A DNA stretch of 63,217 nucleotides, the filler included. It is 8 parts of 8 records of this genome, joined end to end, with 100 filler letters (N's around TTAATTAATTAA, not from the genome) between each part and the next. Parts side by side here need not be neighbours in the genome. Positions count along the whole stretch, not along the records: positions 32,613 to 41,224 come from SRR7504441_1227; positions 41,325 to 47,509 come from SRR7504441_1231; positions 47,610 to 59,253 come from SRR7504441_1266; 5 more parts are not named here. The stretch is one strand, 5' to 3'. Below, in pieces: positions 35,740-47,704 of this stretch. Position 1 is the stretch's first letter. Every line of letters starts with the position of its first letter. Both the position numbers and the translations under genes were made by a program. Below the pieces are notes generated by a model. It was not told where the DNA came from. It was given only the letters and a program-made list of their open reading frames with translations, and ran no database searches.

Positions 35740-36816
35740 TCAGCCGGGCTGTGCCTGCTGCTTAAGCCTGAGACTCTCCTCCTTTCTAGCATGGAAATCC
35801 TGGTCCGACCTCCTAGCCAAACTGAAAATCCTGCTTGGCCCTACATCTGTGTTGTAGTCCATTCTGCCGGCCGCCCCCGGGCTGGCGGTGCTGTGCAGCA
35901 GCTCCAACGGCGCCTCCCGCAGCTCAAACCTGAGCTCCAACCGCCGGAGCAGCTCGGTGTAAAGCGCCGGTTTATTCCCGCGCTCAGCCAGCCCGATCAG
36001 TATCAACGTCTCAGGACCCGACAACTCCCAAATCGTTTTGATTAGTTTCCCCCAGACACCGGCGTTCTCCAGCACGTAAAACACGTCGCTGGCCAGCACA
36101 ACGTCACACGGCAGCTCCAGCCCGAGCTCGCTCACCGGGTCTTGGCCCCAGCGGAGCCGCTGCACCCTCACACTACCTTCACCGGGCTCGGCGCCTAGAA
36201 TAAAATCGACATTCGCCTGCGCCATCGGCAGGGTGGTGGCGTCGCCGTCGGTGGCCAGCGCAGTCGCCCCGAGCAGCCCAGCCACGCATGAGGGCAGCGC
36301 CAGTCCGGCCCCCAGCTCCACTACCGTCTTGCCGGCCCAGTCCCAGCTCGAGTCCAGCCGAGGGTGCATCTCTGCAAGGACCGGCACCGGCAGGGTCACA
36401 AAGTGGGCGAGGACCACCCCCGAGTCCCACAGCGCGCTCCCGGTGGTGTGGTGGTCTACTGGCCCCTCCTCTTCCCCGCTGCTCCCCGGTGGCTCCCGGC
36501 TCCAAAACTGCTGTACTGCCACATCCCGCCCGAGTAGGCGCACCGTCCGGGTGGGCGCGTTCAGCCGGCCCTCATAAGCCCAGGTGTTTCGCGGGTCCTC
36601 GTCCGGCCACCCGGTCGGATCTTCGCTAACTGGCAGCCGCCCGCCCGGGTGCCGGTCTGCCACTGCCCCGAGCGCCGCCTGCAGCATCTCGGCGTCTGGG
36701 GCGGCCCCTGCCGGGCTCCGGTACTTGTGCGGCATCAGCCGGGCCAGGAAGCGGCTCAGCCGCTCCCGATACTCGGGCGAGCCGCAGTAGTCCGGCGGCA
36801 GCGTCGCCTCCTCCAT
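35740..36816 (-). CDS. METTL21-family (family 16) protein-lysine methyltransferase
   Basis: TGSALWDS, VVELGAG, ATD, LRWG, VLASDVFY. Confidence 0.85.
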   Translation of the reverse strand: MEEATLPPDYCGSPEYRERLSRFLARLMPHKYRSPAGAAPDAEMLQAALGAVADRHPGGRLPVSEDPTGWPDEDPRNTWAYEGRLNAPTRTVRLLGRDVAVQQFWSREPPGSSGEEEGPVDHHTTGSALWDSGVVLAHFVTLPVPVLAEMHPRLDSSWDWAGKTVVELGAGLALPSCVAGLLGATALATDGDATTLPMAQANVDFILGAEPGEGSVRVQRLRWGQDPVSELGLELPCDVVLASDVFYVLENAGVWGKLIKTIWELSGPETLILIGLAERGNKPALYTELLRRLELRFELREAPLELLHSTASPGAAGRMDYNTDVGPSRIFSLARRSDQDFHARKEESLRLKQQAQPG

Positions 36817-36965
36817 CTGCTGCCGTCCCGGCCTGGCCGTTGGCTTTCCCGCCCGGCGACTCAAAAGTCATCAAGACGGCTGGCCGAGCTGCGGCGGGCG
36901 GAGGGGCTGGCTAGCACGAGCAGCAGTGGGGGGCGTGGTGTGGGTCAGGGAGGTACGGGGACAGA

Positions 36966-39449
36966 ATGCATCGCTGGGCCGACCGCCGCTGGCTGTGCGG
37001 CCTCATGTTGGGTTGTGCCCTCGGATATGGCCTAGCTGCACTGCTCTTGCTCTCCGCCTGCATGCCGATCGAGATCCTGCCTGCTGTCCCGGTCTCCCAA
37101 CGCGCCGCAGCCTTCACACTGCCGCACCCACCCGGCCAGATCCGACTGCAACTTCCCTCAGGCCACCCCCCACGCCCTACAGTCACCCCGCCTCCAGCTC
37201 GCAAAGCGCCCGTCGCTGTGCGGACAGCGAGACCGGCAAAGGGCCCGCGCAACAATGCTGGGCGCGAGGCGCGCAGCCCACTGCGCCAATCTAAAGCCTC
37301 AAAAAGCGTCACCCAACCCAGGAGGACTGTAAGGTGTGGCTAGCCTTTGCAGCCCGGCGCTCGGGTGTAATCGAGCCATCTGTGCAGGGCGAGATGCGCG
37401 CTGATGTGCTCACTCTGCAAACCTGGAGGAAAAGCCGATGGGGGTGTCGCCATTGCAAACAACGGGCTCTGCACAGCCTATTGCTCGAATGGATTGTTTT
37501 GTGGCAATGGTGAGCTCTATCAGCAAACCGATTGCACAGGGTGCCATAAGTGCAAGCGTGTGGGGCGCCCTGTGTTGCCTGAGATTGCCGGTGGGCAACC
37601 TGGCAATCCAGGTATGTTGCTCGATCTAATGATACCCGGTGGCACGAACAGGGTGTGCCCTGGTGATAAGAACAACACGACATCTTGGTGGCATCACGAA
37701 GCGAGTGATCATTACCTTCGTGCACCTCCAGCCACCAAGGTGAGACCTAGTGAGGGAGCGAATGCTCCATCGGACCCAGCTCTGGACTTTTTTGCACGTT
37801 TGTATCGATTTCACGACCAGTTGATGAACCCATCCAGTCGGATAAGTGTCTGTATGACTCGTTCGATTTCCCATCCGAGGTATGAGCTAATTAAGCGAGC
37901 AAAGTTCGAGGCCAAGGCAACAGTCTTGCCGAAACAGTCGGCACACGGGTGGCTGCAATTGGGTGTGAACGTGAGCATCGCTTCACAAGAGGTGAACACT
38001 CCCGTCAGGAGGCTGTTGAGTTTGGGTGTAGGGGCAGTCAGGAGTCATCCAAGGTAGCGAATTGTGGGAATACATTTGTGGGCTCTCTTTAGAGGTTACA
38101 GTCGAAGATCCGCTGAACGAGATGCACACGCGCTGTTTTATCGTGCCAGAGCTGCTGACCGACACTAATTACAAGCACCAATTCAGTGCAGGTGCCTTCC
38201 TGCCAGACGTGGAGGAGCCATCAACAATCAAGGTCAGCAACAATGACTTGGAGAGACAATCCGTCTGAGCGGTTGTTGTCAGGTGACGGTTCGTTTATTG
38301 CATCAAGGCTTCGATGGTTGGATCGATGATCGGAAGCCCAACCATCATGCTTCAGTCACAATGAATGCACCCACACGGTCGTATATTGGTACAGTTCTGT
38401 TGTCGTCAACCTTGACACGACATCCACTCCCTAGAGGTTCGCCACAATTCGCATGCTTGCAAAGTCTGAGGTGTGCGCGTGCTTTACTGGCGAATTCACT
38501 CAACTGGTTTCAGCTGCGGCTGTTGGTCAAATAAGCTAAAGAAATACATTGCCGTGCGACCACTTGCCGACAAAGCTTACTGGTCAATTCCCTGTGGCGG
38601 TCGAGGCAATCCTGCTGTGTTCATGTTTTCGGGTGACTCCTTGACCCGGTTCGAAGATAAGAATCCAGAGCTGCATGACGAGTCTTTGATTGCAGGTATC
38701 AAGTCTCCACAAACTATTTCCGCAACACGTTTTACGATCAAGGGGTTTGGTATCAAGGTAAGTGACACACACTTAGTTGTGGCTTTTATTCGTTCCTTTG
38801 ACAGACGTTGGGGAGCTAAGGTTAAAAGTTCATACGCACATGGTGGGGCAGTGGAAAACCTTAGGAGGAAAGGTGAGCTTCCTAGCGTCACCAACGTCGA
38901 AGATTCTTGTTGGTTTCAGGTGCTTATTGACTATTTGACTGCACTGAACAAGACAATGTACAATGAGCCAAAACTGCAAGCAAATTCCAAAATTGTCTTT
39001 GTGATAAGTGTAGGTGTTCGTGATGTGGCTAGAATGAATACATTTGAGGGCTTTGCTCGAGCCGTGAAATTGCTCAAACATGTGACAAGCTCTAGGAGCA
39101 TCTTGATGACTAATATCTGTGGCAGGTCTTGATACACATGCATCCATCATTTATACCAGTTTGGCGTACAGCTAGCGCCATACACAATCAGAATGTGCCC
39201 AACACACCCGGAAACGTGATTGTGAAGAAGAGGGTAGACTACCGCAATACTCTGACTGAGCTGCGGAGCCAAGTGAACAGCTTTCTCGCCGGACAATTGA
39301 TGGCGCCTGAAGTGAGAGTGATTGATGGATATACTCCGTCGCTGGTGGTCCCTCTGAGTATGATGAAGAATGGGGATGTTGTACATTACAAGGATCACTT
39401 CTATGGAACATGGACGGACATGCTGCTAGAGAGATGTGCAGAATCATAA
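36966..39449 (+). CDS. Type II membrane protein with Cys-rich module and C-terminal SGNH/PC-esterase-like domain
   Basis: N-terminal TM, Pro-rich stem, Cys-rich CTAYCSNGLFCG; FSGDSLTR and GDVVHY (GDS...DxxH); consecutive ORFs separated by intron-sized gaps, not all junctions traced. Confidence 0.6.
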
Positions 39450-39770
39450 TAGTGACACAATGATGGCCAGCCTCCTCTCGATTTTGCATGGGTGGATAAC
39501 AACGATGATCACATGCTTGTGAGCATGTGCATTCATACTCGTATAGGGCATTCATGTCGCTTACGTATCGCTTTCATCTTTGACGGAGTGCCGGACCGTC
39601 ATGTAATAGTCATGTACTCGTAACTAGTCTAGCTATGACTTACTGATGTATGATATAACTATGATTAAAATGTTGGCCGATGAATACTACTACTGCTACT
39701 ACTACTGCATTTACTTGTTACTTGTTATTTGTACAAGTGCCGTACATGCCTTTTTAAAGCACTCACCGAC

Positions 39771-40786
39771 TCACAAGGCGAACCCTAGCTCGAGTGCACC
39801 AGGTTGGGACATGCTGTGCTTGTCAGTAAATAGCACGCAATTGCTGTGGGTGTGAAGAAAGGACGCGGGAACATTAGGTTCAGGCTCCGACGAGTGCAGT
39901 GTGCGGTATATTGCGTCAGCCTTTCTCTGATCAGGGACAGTACATACTAGAGCGTCTGCCTTGCATATCTGCTTACAGGACATCGAAATCGCTTGCTTGG
40001 GGACATCGTCTAGTGTGGCGAACCAGCCCTCCCCCATCTGCTGCTCCCGGCACGCCTTGTCTAAATCGACCACAGCGTAGGCATTCTCATTATCAAAGTC
40101 AGCCGGCGGGTCATTGAATGCAATGTGAGCGTTCTGGCCAACACGCCTTCGGTCAGCCTCACTCAGCTGGCCAGCCAGCCAGCTATGGTGTGAAACCTCG
40201 CCAATTCCGATCAGCGCGGCATCGATCCTGGGGGCGGCTCCTATCAGCGCTCCCAGCCGCCTGTGCCACAGGCCTGGATGAGGCCACGCCGGCTAAGGGG
40301 CAGGGCTACTCGATCTCTGCGAGTGGATCGCCCTTTCCTGATATGTAATGGAACGCCTTTGGCGGGGAGCTCAAGCGCTCGACGAAGCGCTCCTGCCATC
40401 CCCGATGGATGGGCACCGTGCGGTGTGACCGCTCACCCGAAGATATTTGCAGAAGCTAGCCGGGTGGTCAACGGGGAGTCCGACGTACTCATCCAGGTGG
40501 AAGCAGCTCACCTGCAGGGCGCCATTGGACATAGCTGCTGCTGCTCGAGCCCCACCTTGCTCCAGTCGATCGCGGGGGCGGTCACCAAGGTTTCCAACAC
40601 CTCAAACTGCCGAGAGCAGTTCTCAGACCCGAGCTGGCTCACGGGAAGGTGTGCCTGTGATGCGCCAGTGGCCACGATGACGAAAGCTTCGCCGTGTGCG
40701 GTGATGGCTTCTTGGATCAGTCGCGCGGCGTGGCAGCCAGCCATACGGCCGCAGAGCTCTTTGGAGCTCGAGGTGACCAGCTGCAT
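39771..40786 (-). CDS. nagB: Glucosamine-6-phosphate deaminase/isomerase, 5 introns
   Basis: After splicing: [50 protein letters not shown]. Confidence 0.88.
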
Positions 40787-40798
40787 CTGCGCCGTGGC

Positions 40799-41224
40799 CT
40801 AACGGATATCTCCTACGTTGAGGCCTGCATACAAATTATGTACAAGGATCCTTCCGTCCTTCGGCTCATGGTCATTATCATGATCATGAGCGTGCGTCCG
40901 TGTGCAAGAGTCGTATGGCACTTGGGTTGCGCCAGGCAGTCCACCAGCAGTGGGGAAGTGGGCTACGCTGGCCGGCCTGGCCAGTAGGCCAGGCAGCTGG
41001 TGCTCATCACCGGAACGCCATCGATATCTTCGATGCCAGGGTACGTGATTGATCGGTCTGCAGTGTCGGTCTTCAGCTTGTGCTTGTTTGATAAGCATGA
41101 TGAGCTTGGTTCGAAGAATGAAGTCGTCGATGCTCAGGTGCTGCCGGAACAGGTCGTCAGCGGTCGCTTGGGCCGCCATGTGCCCGATGAAGGCCCGGGT
41201 CTAATTCGGCCTTCGATGTTGACT
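40799..41224 (-). CDS. Hypothetical protein fragment
   Basis: ORF from the contig edge; probably spliced; no domain recognised. Confidence 0.3.
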
Positions 41225-41324
41225 NNNNNNNNNNNNNNNNNNNNNNNNNNNNNNNNNNNNNNNNNNNNTTAATTAATTAANNNNNNNNNNNNNNNNNNNN
41301 NNNNNNNNNNNNNNNNNNNNNNNN

Positions 41325-43612
41325 CCAGGTCAATGTGAGTGGTCGTACAGCATGGGTAGGCGCGGGAACAAAGGTGTGCTGCTGCTTAGTTTATATTCTA
41401 GCCTTGCTCTGAGTTGGGTTGCAGATGGGTGTGTTGCAATCTGAGCTGATGCAATATCAACTCTACGGAGTTGCAGGTACGTCCGATACTGTGGGCATCA
41501 GTGGATACACTCTGGGTGGAGGGTGGGGCCTGACTTCTCGATTAGTTGGCCTTTCTGTCGACCAAGTTCAAGCCATTGAGGTTGTACTCGCCAATGGCAC
41601 AGTTGTCATAACCAACCGTACTCACGAGCCACTTCTCTTCTGGGCAATGCGTGGTGCAGGTGGAGGCAATTTCGGTGTTGCGACTCGCTTTCGCCTGACT
41701 GTACATCAAAACCCAGCGCAAGGTGTCATCTATTCTGAAATGCGGTGGCCAGCAAGCCAGCTCTCACTTCTGGCCAACATAGCCCAAATGCTTGGCCCAT
41801 CTGGGGAACTCGCAGACCGTGTTGGTTTGATTCTTTATGTGATAAAAGCCAACTCTACTGTGCAACTGGCTGCCACAGTGCTTGTAATGGACAATGATCG
41901 TGAGCTCCTGGGCCCGTTGCTTAGGCTCAAGCCAATCAAAAGCACAGTGACCGTCACTCAGCTGCACAGGGTCAACTCATTGATTGCCGCGTTTGAGTCG
42001 AGCTACATGCCTGATGTTCCCCTCTTTGAGAAGAAAAAGAGCGGCTTCCTCAACCCAAGGCTGCGTCCCGAACAATATTCTACTTTGTTATCTGCATTGA
42101 TAAGTGGAGTAGCGAACTCACCGTCTGGGGTATCATCCGCCTACTTGGAAGCTTGGGGTGGCAGGATCAATCGAGTGTCTCAAAGTTCCACCTCCTTTGT
42201 TCACCGTGAGTTTGTTCTTGATCTATCCATATGCGCCTTTTGGCAACAGCGGAACCAAGCAAATGAAAACACAAAGTGGCTACAAAATCTTTACAGTGGG
42301 ATTAAGCCTGGGCTCTCCGGTTCTGTTTACCAGAACTATGTCGACTCAGAGCTGACAAACTTTGCGGTCGCCTATTACGGCAATTCGTCGACGCTTGAGA
42401 AGCTTGAGGCTGCCAAGCATGCCTATGATCCGAATAGGCTGTTTTCCTTCCCTCAAGGCATCGCGCACTTCCCCAGCTTAGGCACAAGGGTCGCTAGCAC
42501 ACCCAACAATCTGCGGGCCGGGCTGATCCCGGCGAGCGGGGCCTGGCGTGGGGCCGAGCTCGGGGACCAGTTTGGGCCGGACTCGGACGGAAAGCTGGCG
42601 GTCTACGGTCAACACTACGGCCGGACCCCCCTCCACGTGTACAGAATTTTCAACCAGACTGTCGGGCCTAAGATTAAGTCCTGGGTAGCCGATGGCGGGA
42701 TTCTGTGGTACAACATCAAGGCTGGGAAGCAGATGAGCTGGAAGGAGGCCGCCGAGGGCAAGTTCGACGCTCAGGCAAAGCTCTGGGCCAGCCAGGTGCG
42801 GTCGCTGGCTCCTGCCAAGGCATTCGTGGCTTTATATCATGAGCCAGGTGTGTGATATGAGCCTGACTTTATATCATGAGCATTTGTGTTGGCCAGATCA
42901 CAACGTCTGCTTCAGCACCTGCAGAGGTGGCGGCGTCCCTGGGAACACGCCAGCAAACTACCGGCGGATGTGGCAGCGGATCCGGGCGATCTTTGACCAG
43001 GAGGCAGTACGGAACGCGGTGTGGGTGATGGACTATTCGGTCCAGATCAGTAACAATGCGAGCGACTGGAACAGCGAGTGCTCCGAGGAGTCGTGCTCGC
43101 CAGCAGCAGCTGTCGCGCCGCTGTGGCCGGGCGATGATCATGTGGACTGGGTCTTCTTCAACGTGTTCGAGAAGGGGAAGAACGGCGGCAAGGTGAAGGC
43201 CACGTTCAACGAAATGGTGACCGCGAGCTACGGGCTGCTTCAAGGAATCACGACTGCCGCCGAGCACTGTAATTGCGTGCCGAAGAGGGATCGCAACTGC
43301 TCTGGCTGTGATCTGTCTTCAAAGCCCTGGGGACTAGGAGCGTTTGGCGCCCATGGGTTTGAAGTGACCCCTCCTACAAAACACGATAAACCTGTCACTC
43401 CGGATGCACACGCACAGTTTCTGCAGGACGCTGCCAACGGTTTTACCAAGTTCCCCAAACTATTGGCATGGCTGTACTACGATTCCAAAGAGTGCGAAGT
43501 AGCCCTAGCTGCCAACAAAAGCCTTGCGGCGGTGCAGCGCGCGTTTCAAGAGTATCTGGACAGTAAGTCGTTCGCTATCAATGACGCGGGCGCACCCCCC
43601 TTGCAAGACTGA
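41325..43612 (+). CDS. FAD-dependent BBE/AA7-like oxidase fused to a GH26-like domain, 5'-partial
   Basis: VGISGYTLGGG, LFWAMRGAGGGNFGV, YQNY, YYGN, K..YDPNRLF; then LYHEP, YRRMW, WPGDDHVDW, KPWGLGAFG; intron 42848-42896. Confidence 0.85.
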
Positions 43613-44027
43613 TGGCACATGAAATTTATGTACCAGCTAACCTTCTAAAGGCTACATGTACAACAATATCATTCTGTACGAGTGTACGTGTCACTATTCC
43701 ATATAGCTATCATATGCATGCATGCACAATCATTCGCTTAATTAGATTACAATGCCATGTACAAGTAATGTACAAGCCATAATTATACATTTTACAAGCA
43801 TGCTTGAAAGTATCATGAAATCAGATCTAGAGTGTTTATTAAAAGACTGATCGGATATGTACAGATCAAATCCAGAACCTTGGAAGTTTCTTGGACGTTT
43901 TAGACACGGTTTAGATTATAGCGTCATGTCAAAGTAGTCACAAAACTGGGTCCTGGATCATTTGACTCATCTTTGTCGTGAGCACGCTTTGAACAGATAA
44001 TGCTTAATGAACCTGGGTAAGGCCGCT

Positions 44028-45400
44028 TTATGTGCAAGTGAACCCCGACATCGGTGGGTTCGTTTGGACCATCTCTTTGAACATCGTAAATCCGTTCGGA
44101 TCCTCGGCTGAAGCAGCGGCTTTTGGGCTGATGGTACTACTAGCTCTATTATGCCACAACCTGCGCTGCTGGTGCTCCATGATTGTTCCTAACTTGTTGC
44201 CACAGCGTAGCATCAGAGATTCATGAGCCTGATTCTGAAGTGCCATCTGCCTGTCAGCAGCCTCGATGTCCATCTGTTGCTTCAATGCCGGTGGGCGGAA
44301 ATCCACATACAGTCTCGTTACACAGAGTGCCAACAACGCAGCATGTTCAGTTGCAAAGAAACCCCAGAACCGGTAGCTCAGAGAGCGGTGGCTTGTGGCA
44401 TAAGCAATGCAGAAGATATAGGCTGCATTAGTGGTCAATGCAATGCCTCCCATTATCCTCCTGATCGTAGACCAGATCCCAAGATCGTCTGCTTGCTGTG
44501 CCTCACAACGTTGGTACACTGAGCACATTTTTAAACCATCATTTCGGATTTCAACGAAATTGTTCAAGACGTGTAGTGCTGGAACGAGTGGACACGCAAA
44601 GGCAAACATCACTGTGTACCCATAGTGTATAGCCACCTCGCTAAAGTCATCAAACATTTCAAGCGGTCCGTATGGATCGTACTTGGCCTCAATCTCAGCA
44701 GGCGCCATCTCGCCAGCTGCAACAGCTGCTTCATAGTCCGGTGGTGTCTCATTGTCCGCTTCCTCCAATTTGCGCTTAATGTGCGCCTTGAGCATCGGGA
44801 TTGCGATTTCGCATGTGTTGTTGACAAAGATTCCAACCACAAAGATGATCAGCAATAACGTTCCAGCCGGGGTCTGGCAGTCGTGTCTTGAACAGGTGCA
44901 GCCAGCTGGGGTGACATCTCCATTTGTTGCCATGGATGCCTCCGAACATCCCTTTGGCCCACTGAACTCGACGCATGGACATGGATTGAACGGTTGCCCA
45001 TCTAGTGGTTTGATAAAAGCCGTGATAAATATTGTCATATAACTGTTGATGAATTGAAAGCCAAAGCTCTTTGCAACTAGCACGTTGTCGTACTTTTCCT
45101 GGGTTCGGTGATCCTCCCAATCGCAAAGTATCACAGCAATCCTCTTGAAGGTCTCCGTGAAAACACCGACCAAAAGTCCATTGAGGATCGAGGCCACGAT
45201 TCCTGCTTGAAACTCATTTTCAAGCCAGTCCTCCAGAAACAATGTGGAAAGCATGATGGCACCGACGATAAGAGATAACAGAATAACTGCCAAGTGCCCT
45301 GCACATTGTCGCGCGGCATACTTGTCGCCCTGTCGCCGTACGTATGCCCCTCGCCGTACATCGTACACTCCATTAAATTCTGGTCGGAGAATCGTCATAG
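44028..45400 (-). CDS. Anoctamin/TMEM16-family protein (C-terminal part)
   Basis: RPEF, WEDHRT..YD, K.F.FQFINSY, NNTCE, DDFSE...YGY..MF...CPL, NNFVEIRND; 5' end unresolved. Confidence 0.85.
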
Positions 45401-46053
45401 TCATATCGCACAAAGAGTTGCTCGAGCACGGTTCTGACCTCACACGGCACCGGTCCTGGGGACACAGCCGAGTTCCCGTTGCTCATGCTGCACCGACTCG
45501 ATGACCAGCTGGTTGCTTCGGCCAATCAGGTGCCTAACTGCGCCTGAACAGACGCTCAGTTGGCTGGGGGTCCCGGGGCAGGGGTGGGATTGCCAGACGA
45601 CCCAGCGCGCCTTCGTGCGATACTCGCGGCGGTGGGGCAGGGGAGGTGTGCCGGCGCCAGCCCGCCAGCCGGGGGATGCGGACCTAGTACAAGATAAGGG
45701 GGGGGAGGGTCACCAAACACGCCTGCGCCGTCATCAATCTATCAACGGATCTGACGACTCCGAGATGGCAAGAAAGATGATAGACTAGATTGAATACAAC
45801 AATATCTAGAAATTGAATACTCGACGTACAATGCCGGTCATGCAGTAATGTTTGCCCGAATGGAATCAACCGATCGATATCAAATTATCAACCGATAATA
45901 CGAGTGTAGTTTGAGGTTTTCATTCTTGAAAAGAGGTATTATGTAATAATGTTGAGATGTTGATGCGCCACGGTGGATCTCGTGAGGAGTAAACAACCCG
46001 AGAATTGCTTGAGGGAGCATGCACGTGTACCAGCTACAAGTCACACAAGATGC

Positions 46054-47358
46054 CTACATGAGACAAGCCGGGTCCTTGTATGTGCGGCCTAGATGGTCCC
46101 AGTACATGAACAGATGGCCGTAGTTGTGCACAAATAGCTTGTGGTGCACGTGATGGTCGGCTGGGGTGCCCATGCCCAGCAGCTGGAACATTCGGTCCCA
46201 AGGGTGGTGCACCTCCGAATGGATCAGAGTGAGCCAGTTGGCATACAGCGAGCCGAACGCAATGTACGACCACAAGTTGCAGTGCACCATCTGCGCAGTG
46301 AGCGCCAGAGGGATCAAGATCATCAGACAGGTGTCGGTCGGGGAGCCATTGAAAGCGTCAAACAGCCGAGGGTTTGTGAACCTGTGGTGCGGTTTGTGGC
46401 TCTCTTTGTAAAGCTTAGCAAACTGGTGCTCCACCAGATGCATACCGTACTGGAGCGCGTCGGTGAGCAGCAGCTGAGCCAGCACCAGATGCCATTGCAC
46501 GCCGCCCTCGAAATTATAATACGAGTCCGGCATTACGCGAAGCATCCATGTGACGGTAAGGTAACCTCCGAGCAGAACAAACCCTTCAGGCTGGGCCAGA
46601 TGCGTGACCACCCCCTCGCTGAACTCGTACCGCCGCGGCTCCTTCTTGGGCTGGACCCGCTCGGCTGACCCGAGCATGCCTTGCCTGCACCGGACCCAAT
46701 GGTACAGGAGCACCCATACTTGCCCAACCGCGACCCCAAGCAACCCCAGGCTGAGCCCGAGTGCGGACGGCCACGCGTCTGGGCCGGGCGTGGCGCACCA
46801 CTCCGCCGGGAAGACCCGCCGCCACAGATCGCCCGACAGGACAAGCGGGAGCGAGAGGATCCCAATCCAGACCGACCATCCGGCCGCGTCCGAGAGCCCA
46901 GCCCGCGCGCTCGGGCGCCAAGCCGCAAGCGCGGCCATTGCCAATCCGAACGCAACTGCCGCGAGGGCCAGCTGCTTGGGACCGGTTTGCTTGGTATCAG
47001 CTCCCTCCGAACCGGGGGGCTGCGTTTCAGAGGGTTGATCATGCGGGATTTGCATCAGTCGGCGGTGCTGTGACGCCGAGGCCTGGCGGGCCGGGGGCGG
47101 CTTTGCGGGAGGCATCTTGCAATGCTCGGCCGGCTCCAGCTTGGCCGGCACGGCGGTCGGCAGGGAGGGCTGGGCCGGTTGGGTCTCCATGCCGGCCTTG
47201 GTGGTGTTGGCCACGTGCTGCCGGAGGTGCGAGTCGAGCCCGGAGCCGGCCGAGTCGTCCAGCGCGCTCGTCATCCAGAAAGACGCCTCGAGCGCGCACA
47301 CCACCACCAGCACAACCGACACGTGACGGGGAAGCCGCCAGCCAGAGACGCGAGCCAT
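46054..47358 (-). CDS. Sterol desaturase/fatty acid hydroxylase family protein
   Basis: His boxes HLVEH, HKPHH, IHS, HHVHH, then NYG..F..WD. Confidence 0.88.
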   Translation of the reverse strand: MARVSGWRLPRHVSVVLVVVCALEASFWMTSALDDSAGSGLDSHLRQHVANTTKAGMETQPAQPSLPTAVPAKLEPAEHCKMPPAKPPPARQASASQHRRLMQIPHDQPSETQPPGSEGADTKQTGPKQLALAAVAFGLAMAALAAWRPSARAGLSDAAGWSVWIGILSLPLVLSGDLWRRVFPAEWCATPGPDAWPSALGLSLGLLGVAVGQVWVLLYHWVRCRQGMLGSAERVQPKKEPRRYEFSEGVVTHLAQPEGFVLLGGYLTVTWMLRVMPDSYYNFEGGVQWHLVLAQLLLTDALQYGMHLVEHQFAKLYKESHKPHHRFTNPRLFDAFNGSPTDTCLMILIPLALTAQMVHCNLWSYIAFGSLYANWLTLIHSEVHHPWDRMFQLLGMGTPADHHVHHKLFVHNYGHLFMYWDHLGRTYKDPACLM

Positions 47359-47704
47359 GCTTCCTGAGAGCGCCCCTCGCGAAAATTGGTCAACAACGGC
47401 ATTTCGATCCACCTCAGCTGCCGATCGCGAGAAGAGTGTATCATCGCCGCCCGCGCCTGAGAGTGTAGACGGTACGCCGGTAGCGGGCTAGCGGAGGGGC
47501 CGGGGACACNNNNNNNNNNNNNNNNNNNNNNNNNNNNNNNNNNNNNNNNNNNNTTAATTAATTAANNNNNNNNNNNNNNNNNNNNNNNNNNNNNNNNNNN
47601 NNNNNNNNNCGGCGTGTTGGCCGCCAATGCGCTACTCGACGAGCCCTGGGGCATCCAGCCGATCAACGACCTGAGCAACAACAACGACAACGGCGGTGTA
47701 ATCG

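Noticed and set aside
26272-43612. Carbohydrate-utilisation gene cluster (LPMO, nagB, BBE-GH26)
   Set aside because: The genes lie on three different contigs; no physical linkage is shown
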